Source of the DNA: Pseudogymnoascus verrucosus
Lineage: Eukaryota
Strand: one strand, 5' to 3'
NCBI GenBank assembly: GCA_001662655.1
Contig: KV460222.1
Length of the DNA: 64,000 bases
Under the pieces are notes generated by a model, which had not been told where the DNA came from, did not search any database, and saw only the letters and a list, made by a program, of their open reading frames with translations. Of the stretch, positions 49,054 to 62,318 are shown piece after piece. Within the stretch, counting starts at the first letter, position 1; each line of letters begins with the position of its first letter. The position numbers and the translations under genes were made by a program.

Positions 49054-51897
49054 ATGGCTGACATGGCCTTCGACGGCACCTCTGCCATTCGGCCTGTTTC
49101 GCCGCCGCAGATGCAGCAACATCTGGAGCAACAAGCACAACAACCACAACAAGCACAACAGCAGCAAGAACCGCAACAACTACCGCTCCCACGGCCTCAT
49201 GGTCCACCCTCTCCACCGGAACCAGCCCCGACCCGGAAAACGGGTAAACAAGGTGCCCCTCGTCACAGAGCCTCTACTGCGTGCGTCTCGTGTAGGGACC
49301 GACGAATACGAGTGAGTTTCTTATCTCCTGGGCGTCAGTTTTGATTTAATATCGGGAATGTAGTGTGTTGTACTAGAAGGGGAGCGGGGGTGCACCCAGT
49401 GCCAGCGGAACAGCAACGAGTGCATTATAAAGTTCGACGATGAGAGAAGGAGGTTAGCTCAAACCCTATGAGATCAGTCAGAAAAGAAGGCTAATGAGCC
49501 AGTAGACCTGTGTCAAAAGCGTACACAACGTCTTTGACAGAGCGCATTGCTCTTTTGGAAGGTATGCTGAAGGAATACGGCGCAGAACCTCCTGCGGCAG
49601 ACCATCCACCAATTACGAAGGCCGAAGCCGCGCGTGGCCAACAAAGTTCTCCTGAAGCCAGCTCTCGTAAAAGCTCGAGACCAACCGCCGCGATACCTCA
49701 AAGCCAGACTCGGGGCAACGTTCGAAGTATGAGCCAAAATCGCACAACACCAAAGAGCCTTACCGATGAAGATGGTGAGGTCGGCGGCAACAGTCCGAAA
49801 TTTGATGTTATTGAGGGGAATTCACCCAAGCGAATTCAGGATCCGAGGAGGGAGAGTCTAGTGGATATGCTCGTCTCAACTCGTGGCCATATGAGCTTCG
49901 ACCAGCTTAGTGGATGTCTGCGATTCTTCGGTCCGACCACAAATTACCACATATATGCAGCGCATGAGTATGCTTTCATGGGCGTGGAGCCACCAGAACA
50001 AGCTCGTCGTACAGAGAGGATCATTCGATCCCTCCCAATGGAGACTCATGACTACCTTATGGGATTGTTCTGGGAATATTACAATACCGTTCTTCATATT
50101 GTGCACAAGGAAGCATTCACTGAGGACAGAGAAAACTCGGGAACGAAATATTACTCGGGGTTTCTACACATATGCATACTTGCTATAGGATATAGGTATG
50201 CAGATACCGAGAGAGAAGATATTAAGAAGATTACCGTCGGGCAGCGAGAATCTTTCCTACACCGAGAAGCAAAGTATATGCTAGATATCGAGCTGGAGCG
50301 ACCAGGAGGCCTCACGTCTGTTCAAGCGTTCCTGCTCTTAGGAGACTTAGAATGCGGAGTTGGAAGAGACAACACGGGGTGGATGTTTGCTGGTACGTAA
50401 CAAGCTTCGTGACTGTTCATATTTAGTAACTATTATTGATATATGTGATAGGTATGGCAAACAGGCTCTGTTTTGACATTGGATTACACCTTGATTGTGG
50501 GAACGAAGATCTTCCGGAGAAAGAGATACAAATTCGTAATATGACACTTTTCGCCTGTGTTATCTATGACAAGTAACCAACCATATTCTTGCTAGTCAAA
50601 ACATAGAATCTTACTGACGAGGGCTAGATATTGGGCACTATTCCTCGGGCGGCCGACTGGTATAAAAAGCTCAGATCTGGAAATGTATCGCCTGGCCAAC
50701 CAATTTTCGAGTCTTGGTAGGTGCAAACCTGCAGGACCGACGAAATCCCTAGAAACACAAATCTACGAACAACTCTTAGAGTTGATGGAAATATCTAGCA
50801 AAATCATCGAAATTGAAGACCCACGGGTCACTACAACGCAAGCAGTGAACGATAATGCGTACCTGCAAGTCATGAATCTCGATAGACAACTCCAAACTTG
50901 GTATCGACGGCTGCCAGAGAAACTCGCCTGGAAGCCTGCAAACATTCAAACAAACCCGTTCTCATTTTTCCTCTTACATCAGCAATACCATTGCAGTCTT
51001 ATCCTCCTTCATCGGCCATGGGCTAAGTACGAAGATCAAATCGACAGTGATAAGCGCGAAGACGATTTCTCAAAAGTCGACAATGATTACTTCTACATGT
51101 CCCGGTCTACCTGTACTCGTCAAGCCGTTCGTGTGGCTCAAGTTTTCTGGCACCACCGCCAATCTCTTGACATCCGAAAGTGCTTTGTCACTGGCCTCCA
51201 GCATGCTGGCACTGCCGCAACTGCTCTTGTTGCCGCTATAGCTGTAATGACAGATGTCGATGAGCGCAAGAAGAACATGAAATACCTCGAATGCCTGGCA
51301 ACGGCACTCCACGATATGGGCCCGACATATTATCCAGCCGATTCAATGTCTAATATCCTTCAGGCTGTGATGGTAGAGCTGAGTGAGTCGCGGGAGATTG
51401 GGTCTCCAATGGAATCGACTCTCAAATTAGGTGGTTCCCAGCGCCATGAGAGCCCAAGTCAGCAAGAAAATAGCGAACAGCGTGACTTCAAGAGGCGAGC
51501 TTCCTCAAAGTCAATGACACGACCAGAGATCTCCGAGTTCTCTCGCCCAATTCCTACTCAAGCGCCACCGTCTTTCAACCAACAAGCAAACAACAACAAT
51601 GCTATTGAAAATCATAACCGAGGCAACTCCTATAATATGATCACGCCGCAAAGCGATGGTAGTGTGCCGAGGCCATTGTCAATTGATGGCCAAATACAGA
51701 ATCGAGAAAGTATGACGCAGCAAATGGAGTACCCATTTGGCGTTTTTGGAATCGACCTTGACAGTATGCATGATGGTAGTATGTGGGATGGAGCATCGGG
51801 TCCACTGGCGTTATTTCAGGAAGACTTGACGGGTTTAGGCGATGAACAATGGAGTGGGGATAGGAACAATCAAGAGTTGGATTTCTTGGCACTTTGA
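49054..51897 (+). CDS. Zn(II)2Cys6 transcription factor with fungal-specific TF domain
   Basis: ACVSCRDRRIR|C..GCTQCQRNSNEC; middle homology region SVQAFLLLG..GWMFAG|MANRLCFDIGLH..|YWALFLGRP. Confidence 0.93.
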
Positions 51898-52325
51898 CTT
51901 TGCTTTGAGAAAGGGGGGTTTTGGCGGCGAATGTTAGTAAGGCGTTATGAAGCAATATAACTAGATTAGACCTTGAAGGGGAGTAACGTTGGTTGTAGCG
52001 TATTGAACATAGTGGCTTAATGAATGCCACTATGTCTATTACGCCACGACTTACGTTAAGTTATGATAGATAAATAAATAAATGCTGCAACAGCTTTTGA
52101 TTATCTTAATAAATCACCTAGGAACTACTCTATTAGTTAATACCGACATGAGAACCCCATGCGAAAATTATTAGAAGTGCACTTATGGTTATCTATGGTA
52201 GTAGTAAAGTCTATTCGAACGCTTGTTGATCTAGAGGGCGATTTTATTAGAAAACTGCGGTTGATGTGATGATGGTAATAAAATAATTTATATTTTTGCC
52301 CATGATTCTAAAGTGTGAATTACAA

Positions 52326-53855
52326 CTAGTAAGTCAAGTTAACCATAATAGTTTTCGGCTCAGTGAAGGCCCTTAGAGCATAGATTCCGGCCTCTCTGCC
52401 AACGCCACTCTGCTTGGTGCCACCAAACGGTGCGTTCTGGAACATCAAGCTCACGCAGTTCACACCAACCATACCGGAGTCAAGATCTGAGGCGACTCGC
52501 AGCGCTTTGTTGATGTCTTGGGTGAAGACACCGGCCATGAGACCGAATTGGGTGTCGTTTGAACGAGCGACAATCTCAGCCTCGTCCTTGAAGGTGTTGA
52601 CGACTGCAACAGGACCGAAGATCTCTTCGGTGATTATCTCCGAGGTCTCGCCGACGTTAGTGAAGACGGTTGGCTGGATGTAAAAACCCTGATTGCACTG
52701 TTAGCTATAGGCATCACATGTCACGAGGAAATGATTTGGACTAACCTTCTCGCCAATTCGCGCACCTCCGGTCAGCAGTTCTCCGGGCCCCTTCTGTCCG
52801 CGCTCGATGAATCCGGTAACACGCTCGAACTGACCCCTGTCGACCAAAGGACCGAGTAGCGTGCTCTCATCATCTGGGTCACCGGCAGTGTTTGCCTTTG
52901 CAGCCACGGCCTTCTTGTATCCCTCGATGAACTTGGGCGCAATTCCTTCCTGTACATAGACTCTGCTGGCGGCGAAGCACACCTGTCCAGTGTTGGCAGT
53001 AATCGCGTTGCTGCACCAGGTAATTGCATTCTCCAAGTCGCAATCGTCGAACACGACAGCTGGGCTCTTGCCGCCAAGCTCAAGCGTAACGCGCTTCAAG
53101 TTGCTCTTCGCAGCAGCTTCTTGGATCTTCTTTCCGGTTGCGATGGAGCCAGTGAAGGAAACCTTTCTGATCTTCATGTGGCTGGCAAGAATAGCACCAG
53201 TCGATCCGTCACCAGAGAGGACTTGAAATACTCCTGGTGGGAATCCGGCCTCTTTGATGAGAGGACCAAGAGCGAGGGCTGCAAACGGCGTCTTCTCTGA
53301 TGGCTTAAGAATGAAGCAATTTCCGGTCGCAAGTGCTGGGGCTGCCTTCAAGGCCGCAGTGCCCATTGGGCCGTTCCATGGGACGATACCGGCTGTGACT
53401 CCCAGAGGCTCGTTGCGTACGATCTTCATGAAGCCATCTTCTTGTGGGTAGGACTCACCGGCGAACTTATCGATCCAGCCGGCGTTGTATTTCCACGTCT
53501 GTGCCGCCAGGGCGGTCTCGAACTTTCCGAAGGAGCTGAATGGAGCGCCGAGGGTGATGCGAGTGAGCTCTGCAAGCACTGGGCCATGCTCGTTAATCAA
53601 ATCGCCAAATTTGGTGAGGATGGCGTGGCGTTCTGCGGCGGAGACTTTCTTCCATTCCGGGAATGCGGCCTCTGCTGCAGCGATTGCGGCGTCAACGTCC
53701 TCGGCGCCCGCGACAGGGACATCGTTGGCGACTAGGGAATCGTCTTTGGGGTTGTAGACTTCGAGTTTTACGGAGCCTTTGGAGTCGACATATTCGTTGT
53801 TGATAAAGAGCTGCTTAGGCAGGTTGTCCTTGCTGAAGTTGAATGTGAAGCTCAT
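52326..53855 (-). CDS. aldehyde dehydrogenase
   Basis: IVPWN, FTGS, LELGGKSP, GQVC, EEIFGPV, PFGGTKQSGVGRE; one intron at about 52690-52745. Confidence 0.95.
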
Positions 53856-54647
53856 CTTGTTAGAAGCGGAATAGACAAGGATATGATAGTTGGACGGATT
53901 TGAAGTTACTTGAGTTAAATTCAGAACAGCGCGGTCAGGAGGGTTGTTGCACGATAAATCTCAAGGAAGCGTCCTGGGGCACTGTAGTACTCTACAGAGA
54001 TATCGCGGTGATACGGGGTATGTATCTATTGTGCTGTACCTTACTGAGATTCACGGGCATGGGGGATACATCCACAGAAAAGTACCCCGCATATACTGGC
54101 ACGGCCGCACGAGTACATCTGCCGCAGAACCGTACCATCCGATTGATTGGCTCTACTGGATCCGCCATTCCAGACCAGCTTGGATGGTGCAGTTGTTAGC
54201 GTCACCACTAGCTTGGGAATAATGGAGACAGTGGGGGTGTGCGGGGGGAACCGAGCCAGGGTTAGGTTGCGGGGTAGTCGACCTGGGAAGATCTTTTCCT
54301 GGACCCTGCGCGGGGAACAACTATCAGAGGAAAGGATAGCCTGCCCTACGCGCCTGAGTTATCCGAAATGCTTTTACCGGACTCTTCGGAAGTGTACAGG
54401 ATATGAATGAAGTTATGAATGGAGTTATGAATGGAGTTACGCCTAGTGGTCTTGGGAACGCCGCGGCTCTATGTGGTAGTCTCTACACTGTATTTACGTA
54501 GTAGGTACGGAAGAGAATCATCGTTTTCTTCCTTCATATCTCAAAATAAGTCCGTCACTTATTTCTCACCATTCAAGCCACGAGTCATCCATCTATCAGA
54601 ACCTACTCTCCACCATCTTACTCACGTCAATATACTACGTCGTCAAG

Positions 54648-55734
54648 ATGTCCACCATGAAGGCAGCACAATGGGATCCGGTAGGCCTTAAAAAATCCAT
54701 TTATCCAAGGTCATAGCATTCTAACAATCGGCAAAAAGACCCAGAAGAAGATCGTCGTCAACGAGATCCCGATTCCAGAGCCAGGGCCAAATCAATTCCT
54801 AGTCAAGACCACCTCGGCCTCCCTCTGCCACAGCGATATAATGGCAATAGATACTCCCGGCCGTGAAAAGCCCATCACTCTCGGTCATGAAGGAGCGGGC
54901 AGGATTGCAAAAATCCATCCCAGCGCGGAAGGCAAGGGCTTTAAGGAAGGCGACGACATAGGTTTCCTATATATCGTCGGCTGCTGTTTCGAATGCGACG
55001 GATGCCTAGTCCACAACTTACATTGCGAGACCGGAAAACAGCTGCTGCAGGGCTTCACAACAGACGGCTTCTTCGCCGAATATGCAGTCGTCGACTACCA
55101 GAATGCTGTCATTCTCCCAACGGGCTTAGATCCAAGGAAAGCCTCTCCAATCTTCTGCGCAGGTATCACTGCTTTCCACTCCGTCGATTCGTCCGAACTG
55201 AAGGAGGGCGACTGGTTCGGCGTAGTTGGTTGTGGTGGCCTCGGCCAGCTCGCAACTCAATACGCGAAGGCCATGGGTGCCAAAGTCGTTGGTATCGACA
55301 TCAACGATGAAGTCCTCGCCACATGCAAGTCACAAGGCGCTGACGCGATTTTCAACTCTCGCACAAACCCCAACTGGGCAGAAGATGTCCGGACCCTCAC
55401 TAACGGTGGAGTCAAGTCCGTAGCCGTGTATAGCAACGCCCAAGTGGCCTACGCCACTGCTCCCTCGATTATCAAACTCGGTGGCATTCTGATGGTTATC
55501 GGCATTGCGCACAAGCCGATCGAGGTGTCAACTATGGACTTGACTATTGGAAAGTACCGTATCAAGGCGGAGAGTACGAGCATACCGCAGCGAATGAACA
55601 AGGCGATTGAGTTCACCGCGAAGTATAATATCACCCCGGAGGTGCAGACTTTTGATAAGCTGGACGATCTGGCGGGGATGGTGGAGCTAATGAAGGCGGG
55701 GAAATTCACAAAGCGTATGGTTATTGTTTTCTAG
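54648..55734 (+). CDS. Zn-dependent medium-chain alcohol dehydrogenase
   Basis: LCHSD, GHEGAG, CFECDGC..C structural Zn site, GCGGLG; one 5' intron. Confidence 0.93.
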
Positions 55735-56229
55735 GTTGATGCTGCAAAATATCCCAGTTGAGAATTGTACATACAGAGTTAATCGTTCGTTCACTCCTAC
55801 ACTACCAGAGGTGATTTAAAAATAAGTTATTAACCGAAGTCCTAAAAGCTGTGGACTGTAAATGTAGTGTGCCTTAAGCTGTACATTCTTAGGCAAGATC
55901 ATCACAGGTTCTACAATGGCCTAGATTTAGTCTTTGTTCACTCATAATCACCTTCCATAAATTTACGAGCGAAGCAGGAAAATCAACTATAATTGTAATT
56001 ACATAAATTTAAATATTTTATTGGTATTTCACATGTGGTAATATGGCCATTGTATGTTGTGTCTAAAAATATGATTATTTATTATTACATTAATATGTTC
56101 GATAAATAATCACCTCGCGACTATTTTTATAAGGCCTCAAGTCGGTCGATAATGATAAAGTTGAAGAACACATTCAATAAATAAATCGATCAATTTTTTC
56201 ATAGCTAATCATTACATCGCATATATCCC

Positions 56230-58140
56230 CTAGATCCGTCCTCGTCTAAGGAACTTGTTTGGAATATCCACATGCTTCGCCCTCAAATACTCGCAAACGT
56301 TCTTTCCTAGACCATCCACCGTGCTGCTGGCGTTATACGATCTATCTAGATGATCGTGGAGCAAGAAATGCACAGCTCTTAAACCTGGAATCTCGAAACG
56401 ATCAATCTCTTTGCCATTGTATTCTGCTCCAAGTAGTTCTTTCATTTTCTCCACGGTTAGCATGCTTCTGATCCATTCCCACTCATCGTCGTTCTCAACA
56501 AAGAGACCGACGTTGGCATCGGAGGCCTTGTCGCCGGAGCGACCGAGCACGCGCCAGCCGATCGGGCAGCGAGTCGTTGGGCCGAAGGAATTTAGCGGGA
56601 CGGGATTCTTAGTCTCATAGCTCCATTGCCTGGTCTCGTAGAGCTGCATGGCAGTCGATGGCGGGATGTCGATGGCCTTATTCTCCCAGGTCAGGTTAAC
56701 CTTATGGCTGACCTCGGACTGTGGTAGGAGCGCAACCCAGTACTCGTAGAACTCCTTTCCGGCAGACTGGCGGATGTCGTTCCCAATAGTGGCACCCGGT
56801 GCGGATTGCAAGAAGTTCTCGAGGCAATATCGATTGAAACCTGGGACATCAAGAGTGTCCTTGACCATAAGAGAGCGATCTTTGCTCTGTGCAAATATAC
56901 GAAAGTCAACGGTTGCACGGTTTTGGTCGCGTGGATCCTCTGCAGCAGTGCCTATTTGTTGGAACTCGAGGCAGGAGAACTTGCCCACGTTATCGCCCAT
57001 CGACTTGCGGATCTGTCTCTCGGTCCATTCACACTTGTCATCAATATCGAGACCGACAAAATAAAAGTGGAATTCAGCTTGATAGCCCCCGACGGCCGTG
57101 AGACCAACCTTAGTGGTTGTTGGTGGCGGCTTGCCCTTAACACCTGTGATGCGTACGAGGTCGTCAGCTTCTTGGACCATGTCGATGCCCTCGAGAACGG
57201 CAACAACGTCAGAACCGTAGTACTGTGGGCCTTGAATCTCATAGAGCAGTTGAGAAACAACGGTGCCGACGTTGATAGCACCGCCAGTTTCTGGCTCTTT
57301 CTCGAGAGTGCAGGAGCCGTCGGGAAAGACCGCGGCAATGGGGAAGCCAAGGTTCTCGCAGCCGTCAAATAACCTCTTAAAACCAGAATAGTAGCCTCCA
57401 GCTACATAAGAGGAGCACTCGATGAGGTGACCAGCGATCAGTGCACCCGCAATCTCATCAAAGTTTGTGTTCCTATCCCACCCGTGCCACCACATAGCAG
57501 CTCCAATTGTAGGTGCAGCATCTGCTACGCGGCCACAGATGACAATGTCAGCGCCATTCTTGAAAGCCTCCGAAATACCGGCGCCGCCAAGGTAACATCT
57601 ATGATATGATCAGTCGCAGTTTTTTGTCAAGTCTGTCACACGTGCCGAAACTTACTGTGCAGCTACGGGGTCGAAACCCCAATCCTCCAGATTCCCGCCG
57701 AAGCAGATATTCTCAAATTTGTGTCCCTCCTTTAAGAGTTTGTTGACAACATCTGAGACCTCATCGCCCTGCACCCAGGCGACCTTTAGGTTAAGTCCCT
57801 GCTTCTTGACCTCCTGCACGACAGTTTTCGCCAGCAACTCGGTGTCACTGCTGCCTGCGTTCACAGCCAACTTGATGCCTTTCTTCTCGAGATAAGGCAA
57901 CGCAGGTGAGACATTTTCCATGAAGGACGGGTCGTAAAGGCCTTGTCTGTCGGTATCGCTAACTGAGTTGGCGACAACGTTGGCTTTGGCAGCACCGTGC
58001 CATGACATGGTACATTCACTCATCCAGTCGCCGACAATGACATCGACATCACATTTTGCGAGGTCAAGGATGGCCCGTTGGCGGTCAGTAAAGCCGCCAG
58101 AGGCGCCAGCGATGCGGATTGCTCTCTTCGGGGTAAACAT
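56230..58140 (-). CDS. acyclic terpene utilization AtuA family protein (DUF1446)
   Basis: IRIAGASGGFTDR, GDWMSE, YLGGAGI, ICGRVADA, GHLIEC, QLLYEIQGP, GRSGDK; one intron. Confidence 0.9.
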
Positions 58141-58887
58141 TATGTTGGCAGTAGTAGAGGTAGGAAGGAAAGGTTAAAGTGACATGGAGTAGAATAGGGA
58201 TTGTCGAACCTTTTCACCCAAATATATCAACTCATCGGGAGGCGATACCACCAGCGATAAATCTCAAAATGGTCACAGGAACTCAATGAAAAGCGGAGAT
58301 GTCGGGATCAATGTGATGCCGTGTTATGCGGGCTTGGTGGGGTGCGTTCATATGTAATTCACTTGGTAGATTTTGCGATGGGATAATCATGACACTCGAA
58401 GCTTCCCCGCATGGGCAGCGGGGCTTAGCTTGGACGGAAAATAACATCCGCCGCTAGCACATCGAAAATGGGGTTATGCGGTTGATTTAGTGGGCTGTAG
58501 GCAGAAAAATGAAAGCTAGCAATCCTCACTGAAAACATGTCACAGGAACTACACTCCGCCGGCGTAGAGGCTGAGAGAAGCGACGTTCCGCACGCTGTCA
58601 TGAATCCCCTTGACCAAACAGCGACCCGCGGTGGGTGGCCGTAGGCCAGCGAGTTGTTTCCATCAGAATTGACCTCTCTTGGAGTTCATAGCTTGGGAAC
58701 ATGGTCGCACCCGATTTTAGGATGTACAGTTTGAGGATGAGATTTCTGTATTTTCTACGAAATGGTACGGAGTGATAGAGCCCACGATTGCAGGCCGTAC
58801 TCTCCTTCCAAGTAACTAGTCCCTATGGCGTAGCTTCATTTACTCATGCATATTCATCCTCCCATAGATTGGATTAGTCGATATCTA

Positions 58888-60021
58888 TCAAGAAAGAATG
58901 AACTCAATTGCCTTCTGCAATTTTTGATGGAAATCTTTCGTGATAGGCTCAAGATGCTTCGAAGGGAACGCCCAGAACCAATGCGGGTAACCCTCAAACT
59001 CGTCATATCTGTTCGGGACCCTAGTTTTAGAATTCGTCAGCAAAGTAATCACATTGAAGTTTCTTAGCATCAACATACCCAGCATTGTCCAACGCCTTCT
59101 TGAATAGCCGACCATCATCTCTCAAGGTATCCATTCCTGCAGTAACAATATAGGTTTTTGGCAAATCTTTGATTCTCTTGTGCAATAGCGGTGACGTGTA
59201 ATGATCTGTTAGAGGAGGGTCATAAGCGTCTATAATTTTATGTTAGCAATTGATCTCTGTGATCAATATAGGTAAGTGCTTACCGAAGAATGCTCTCATG
59301 GCTGAATTTGTGTTTATGGTATACTCTGCATTCTCCTCATAACTAATGAACTCCGATTTAAACTCCGCTGGGCAAGCGTCTGGGTGAACGGTGACTGGAA
59401 CAAGGGCCACAATACCCTTCACAGTCCCTCCCAATCCCGCATCGATCAGATTAAGAGCAAGTCCCAGAGCAAGACCACCACCTGCTGAGCCTCCAATAGT
59501 GAATACCTGACCAGCGGTTGTATTCAAGTAACCTGTATTCTCAATAACCCAGTGATATGCAGCGACACAATCTTCTAGTGCTATAGGGTACTTATGCTTC
59601 GGGGCGAGGCGGTAGTCCACAGACACGAGGACGGTTCCTGTATCTATAGCGATTGATCTGCAGAACCCATCCTCCCCGTCCAGATCTCCAAACACCCAAC
59701 CGCCGCCGTGCATAAAAATACCTGCTGGTTTTCCCCCAGTGTAATTCGGTGGGGTGTAAATTCGCACTGTCACATCTGGAGATATCGCCTTATCTTCAGT
59801 CTTCACAGATATATCGGGAGCTGGGAAGGTTAGCTTGGAGCCCAGAACACCTGAAAACTGAGTCCAGCCATTGAGGAGGTCGTTAAATGTTGGGCCATGG
59901 AGAGTTTGCCTGCCTCCAAGCTCTTTTTCGAACTGATAACATGAATAAGTATGAAGTTCTCGACGCTCATGCTCACACGTACCTCCAACCAAGCCGGCGC
60001 AAATGAATTCTCTCTAGACAT
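58888..60021 (-). CDS. HSL-family (Abhydrolase_3) esterase/lactonase
   Basis: HGGGW, VDYRLAPKH, GGSAGG nucleophile, D.LRDD, GYPH; 2 introns. Confidence 0.92.
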
Positions 60022-60028
60022 TTTCGTT

Positions 60029-60158
60029 CCGAGGTTAAAATGCTGCAGTGCGGGTAAGATACGAATTTTAGCAATCCATCAGGTTGTGTGGTGCCATTTA
60101 ATAATCCGTCCACAATTTGGTGATATTCGTCGGGTCTTATTTTAGTGTACAACCTCGG
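60029..60158. promoter_or_regulatory. two CCGAGG (FarA/FarB-type) sites in the esterase/ACAD divergent promoter
   Basis: ccgagg 60029-60034 and cctcgg 60153-60158. Confidence 0.5.
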
Positions 60159-60339
60159 CTTAAGGATCAATTTAGTGGCGGATAAAGGTTGCCGGTCGCT
60201 AGATCTTAGTCTGGAGGAACAGTGCCTTCAAGGTACTCAATCCATTCATAGGTACCGAGATTCCTTCGCATAATCACTATTTATCACAACATTCCATTCT
60301 TGATCTGCAAATTCTACACAGTTACTAAACTATACAAAA

Positions 60340-61703
60340 ATGGACGGGCCAGCATTCCAACGCATCCCACCATGGGTTAAGGCCAAACTTACACCAAAGG
60401 CAATTACGACAATCCAGGAAGTCTACGACTGGGTTGAAAATGAGTGTATTCCCGCAGAGGAGGTCATGGAGGCGGCACTGAAGGAGCACAGATGGACAAC
60501 TCCGCCGATCATGAAAGAATTACGAAAGAAGGCGAAGGCTCGGGGTCTTTTCAATTTGTTTCTTCCGAACCATTTCGAGGAGAGTCCCGGACTCACCAAC
60601 CTAGAATATTCCTGCTGTGCTGAGATTATGGGAAGATGTTATTGGGCCGCACAAGTATGTTTGTCAGATCGCAATACAGGCGAGGAGCTCCGCTAATCCA
60701 TGGCCAGACAATGAACTGCCATGCGCCAGATACTGGTAACATTGAGTTATTAGCAAAGTACTGCAACAAGGAGCAGAAGGAGAAGTGGCTCAAACCCTTA
60801 CTAGAAGGCGATGTCATGTCGTCTTATTCCATGACCGAGCCTGATGTCGCCTCCTCCGACGCAACCCAGATCTCCTGCTCCATCCGCCGCGAGGGCAACG
60901 AGTACGTGATCAACGGGCGCAAGCTATTCGGCAACTCGCTCGACAACCCCGAGATGAAGACCATCATCCTCATGGGCTGCTCTGACCCGACCAACCCGTC
61001 CAAATGGAACCGCCACTCTATGGTCCTTGTCCCCGCCAACTCCAAGGGCCTGACCCAAGTCCGAAATCTCACTATCATGGGCGAGGATCATGCCCCCAAT
61101 GGTCACGGCCAGTTCGTCTACGACAATGTTCGCATCCCAGTCGAGAACATTATTCTCGGCGAGGGCCGTGCGTTCGAGATTGCGCAGGGCCGCCTCGGCC
61201 CCGGCCGCATCCACCACTGCATGCGCCTCATCGGACAGTGTGAGCGAGCCTACGAGCTAGCGCTGATCCGCTGCATCGACCCGAGCAAGATGCCACGCGG
61301 GAAGCTCATCGGGCAGTTCGACTCGAACATCGAGAAGATTGCGCAGATGCGCCTCGAGATCGACTCCATGCGGCTGGTCGTCTTGAATGCTGCCGACACC
61401 ATGGATCTCCTCGGCAACAAGGCGGGTAAGTATGCGATCGCACAGAGCAAGATCTTGGTGCCCATAGCGGCGGCGAAGATCATCGACGAGTGTATGCAGT
61501 TGTATGGCGGTGCAGGGTTGACGCAGCTTACCCCCTTGCCATCGATGTGGACGTACGCAAGGTTTGTGAGATTAGCAGATGGGCCCGATGCGGCGCATAG
61601 ACATCAGGTGGGCAGAGATGAGATGAAGACTGCGGCAGGTTTTAGGGATAGGCATGCTAAGTACAAAGAGGGTTCGAAAGTCCTCGCGAAGAAGTGGCTG
61701 TGA
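60340..61703 (+). CDS. acyl-CoA dehydrogenase (ACAD10/11-like)
   Basis: Exons 60340-60654 and 60708-61703; NCHAPDTGNIE, MTEPDVASSDA, QGRLGPGRIHHCMR, RLADGPD. Confidence 0.93.
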
Positions 61704-62318
61704 GGGATAGAATCATTTTGTATGCGAGAGAGGCATTTTCCTATTGTATATCGATTACAAGGGCTTAATATATTAGGATTACATATTCAGAAGCGGAATT
61801 GTTAGTTCTAACTGTTTATTTAAAAAGTGAAGTTATAGAGGTGTGACGCGACTTTAACACCAATTAACTTTAACCCTTAATTTCAGATGGTTATAGAAGC
61901 TTTGTCTGAGCTACTCTACTGCCCATTGTATAGAAAATGGCATTAGCTTACTTATAATGTCATCTGATTGTTTGCATATTCTTTAACTGCTCGATCTTGG
62001 GGGGGTTTAGATACTATATGTTGCGCTTGTATCGTATAGTAGGGAGAAAATATTATTTTGATACTTCTTGATATTACTATTATACGCAATCTAGGTAACT
62101 ATTATATAAGCTATTATCCTAACAAACGGACCCGATTTCCACTAGAGAAGATCATCTTAATGACTTGTCTAGAGCCAGCGGCGTGGCGCCTGTGAGCTGT
62201 TTTCTATTTCGTCAGAATGCCCCTGAATTGAGGAGACTAACGAGGTGAGCGGTTCGCGGGAACAAGCGGAGCCTTTAGGAAACAGGAACATTTCCAACAT
62301 TTTATTCCATCGTCTATC

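Noticed and set aside
54403..54440. 12-bp repeat (atgaatggagtt) in the ALDH/ADH promoter, and (cttcag)n at about 8911
   Set aside because: Ordinary slippage repeats with no further support
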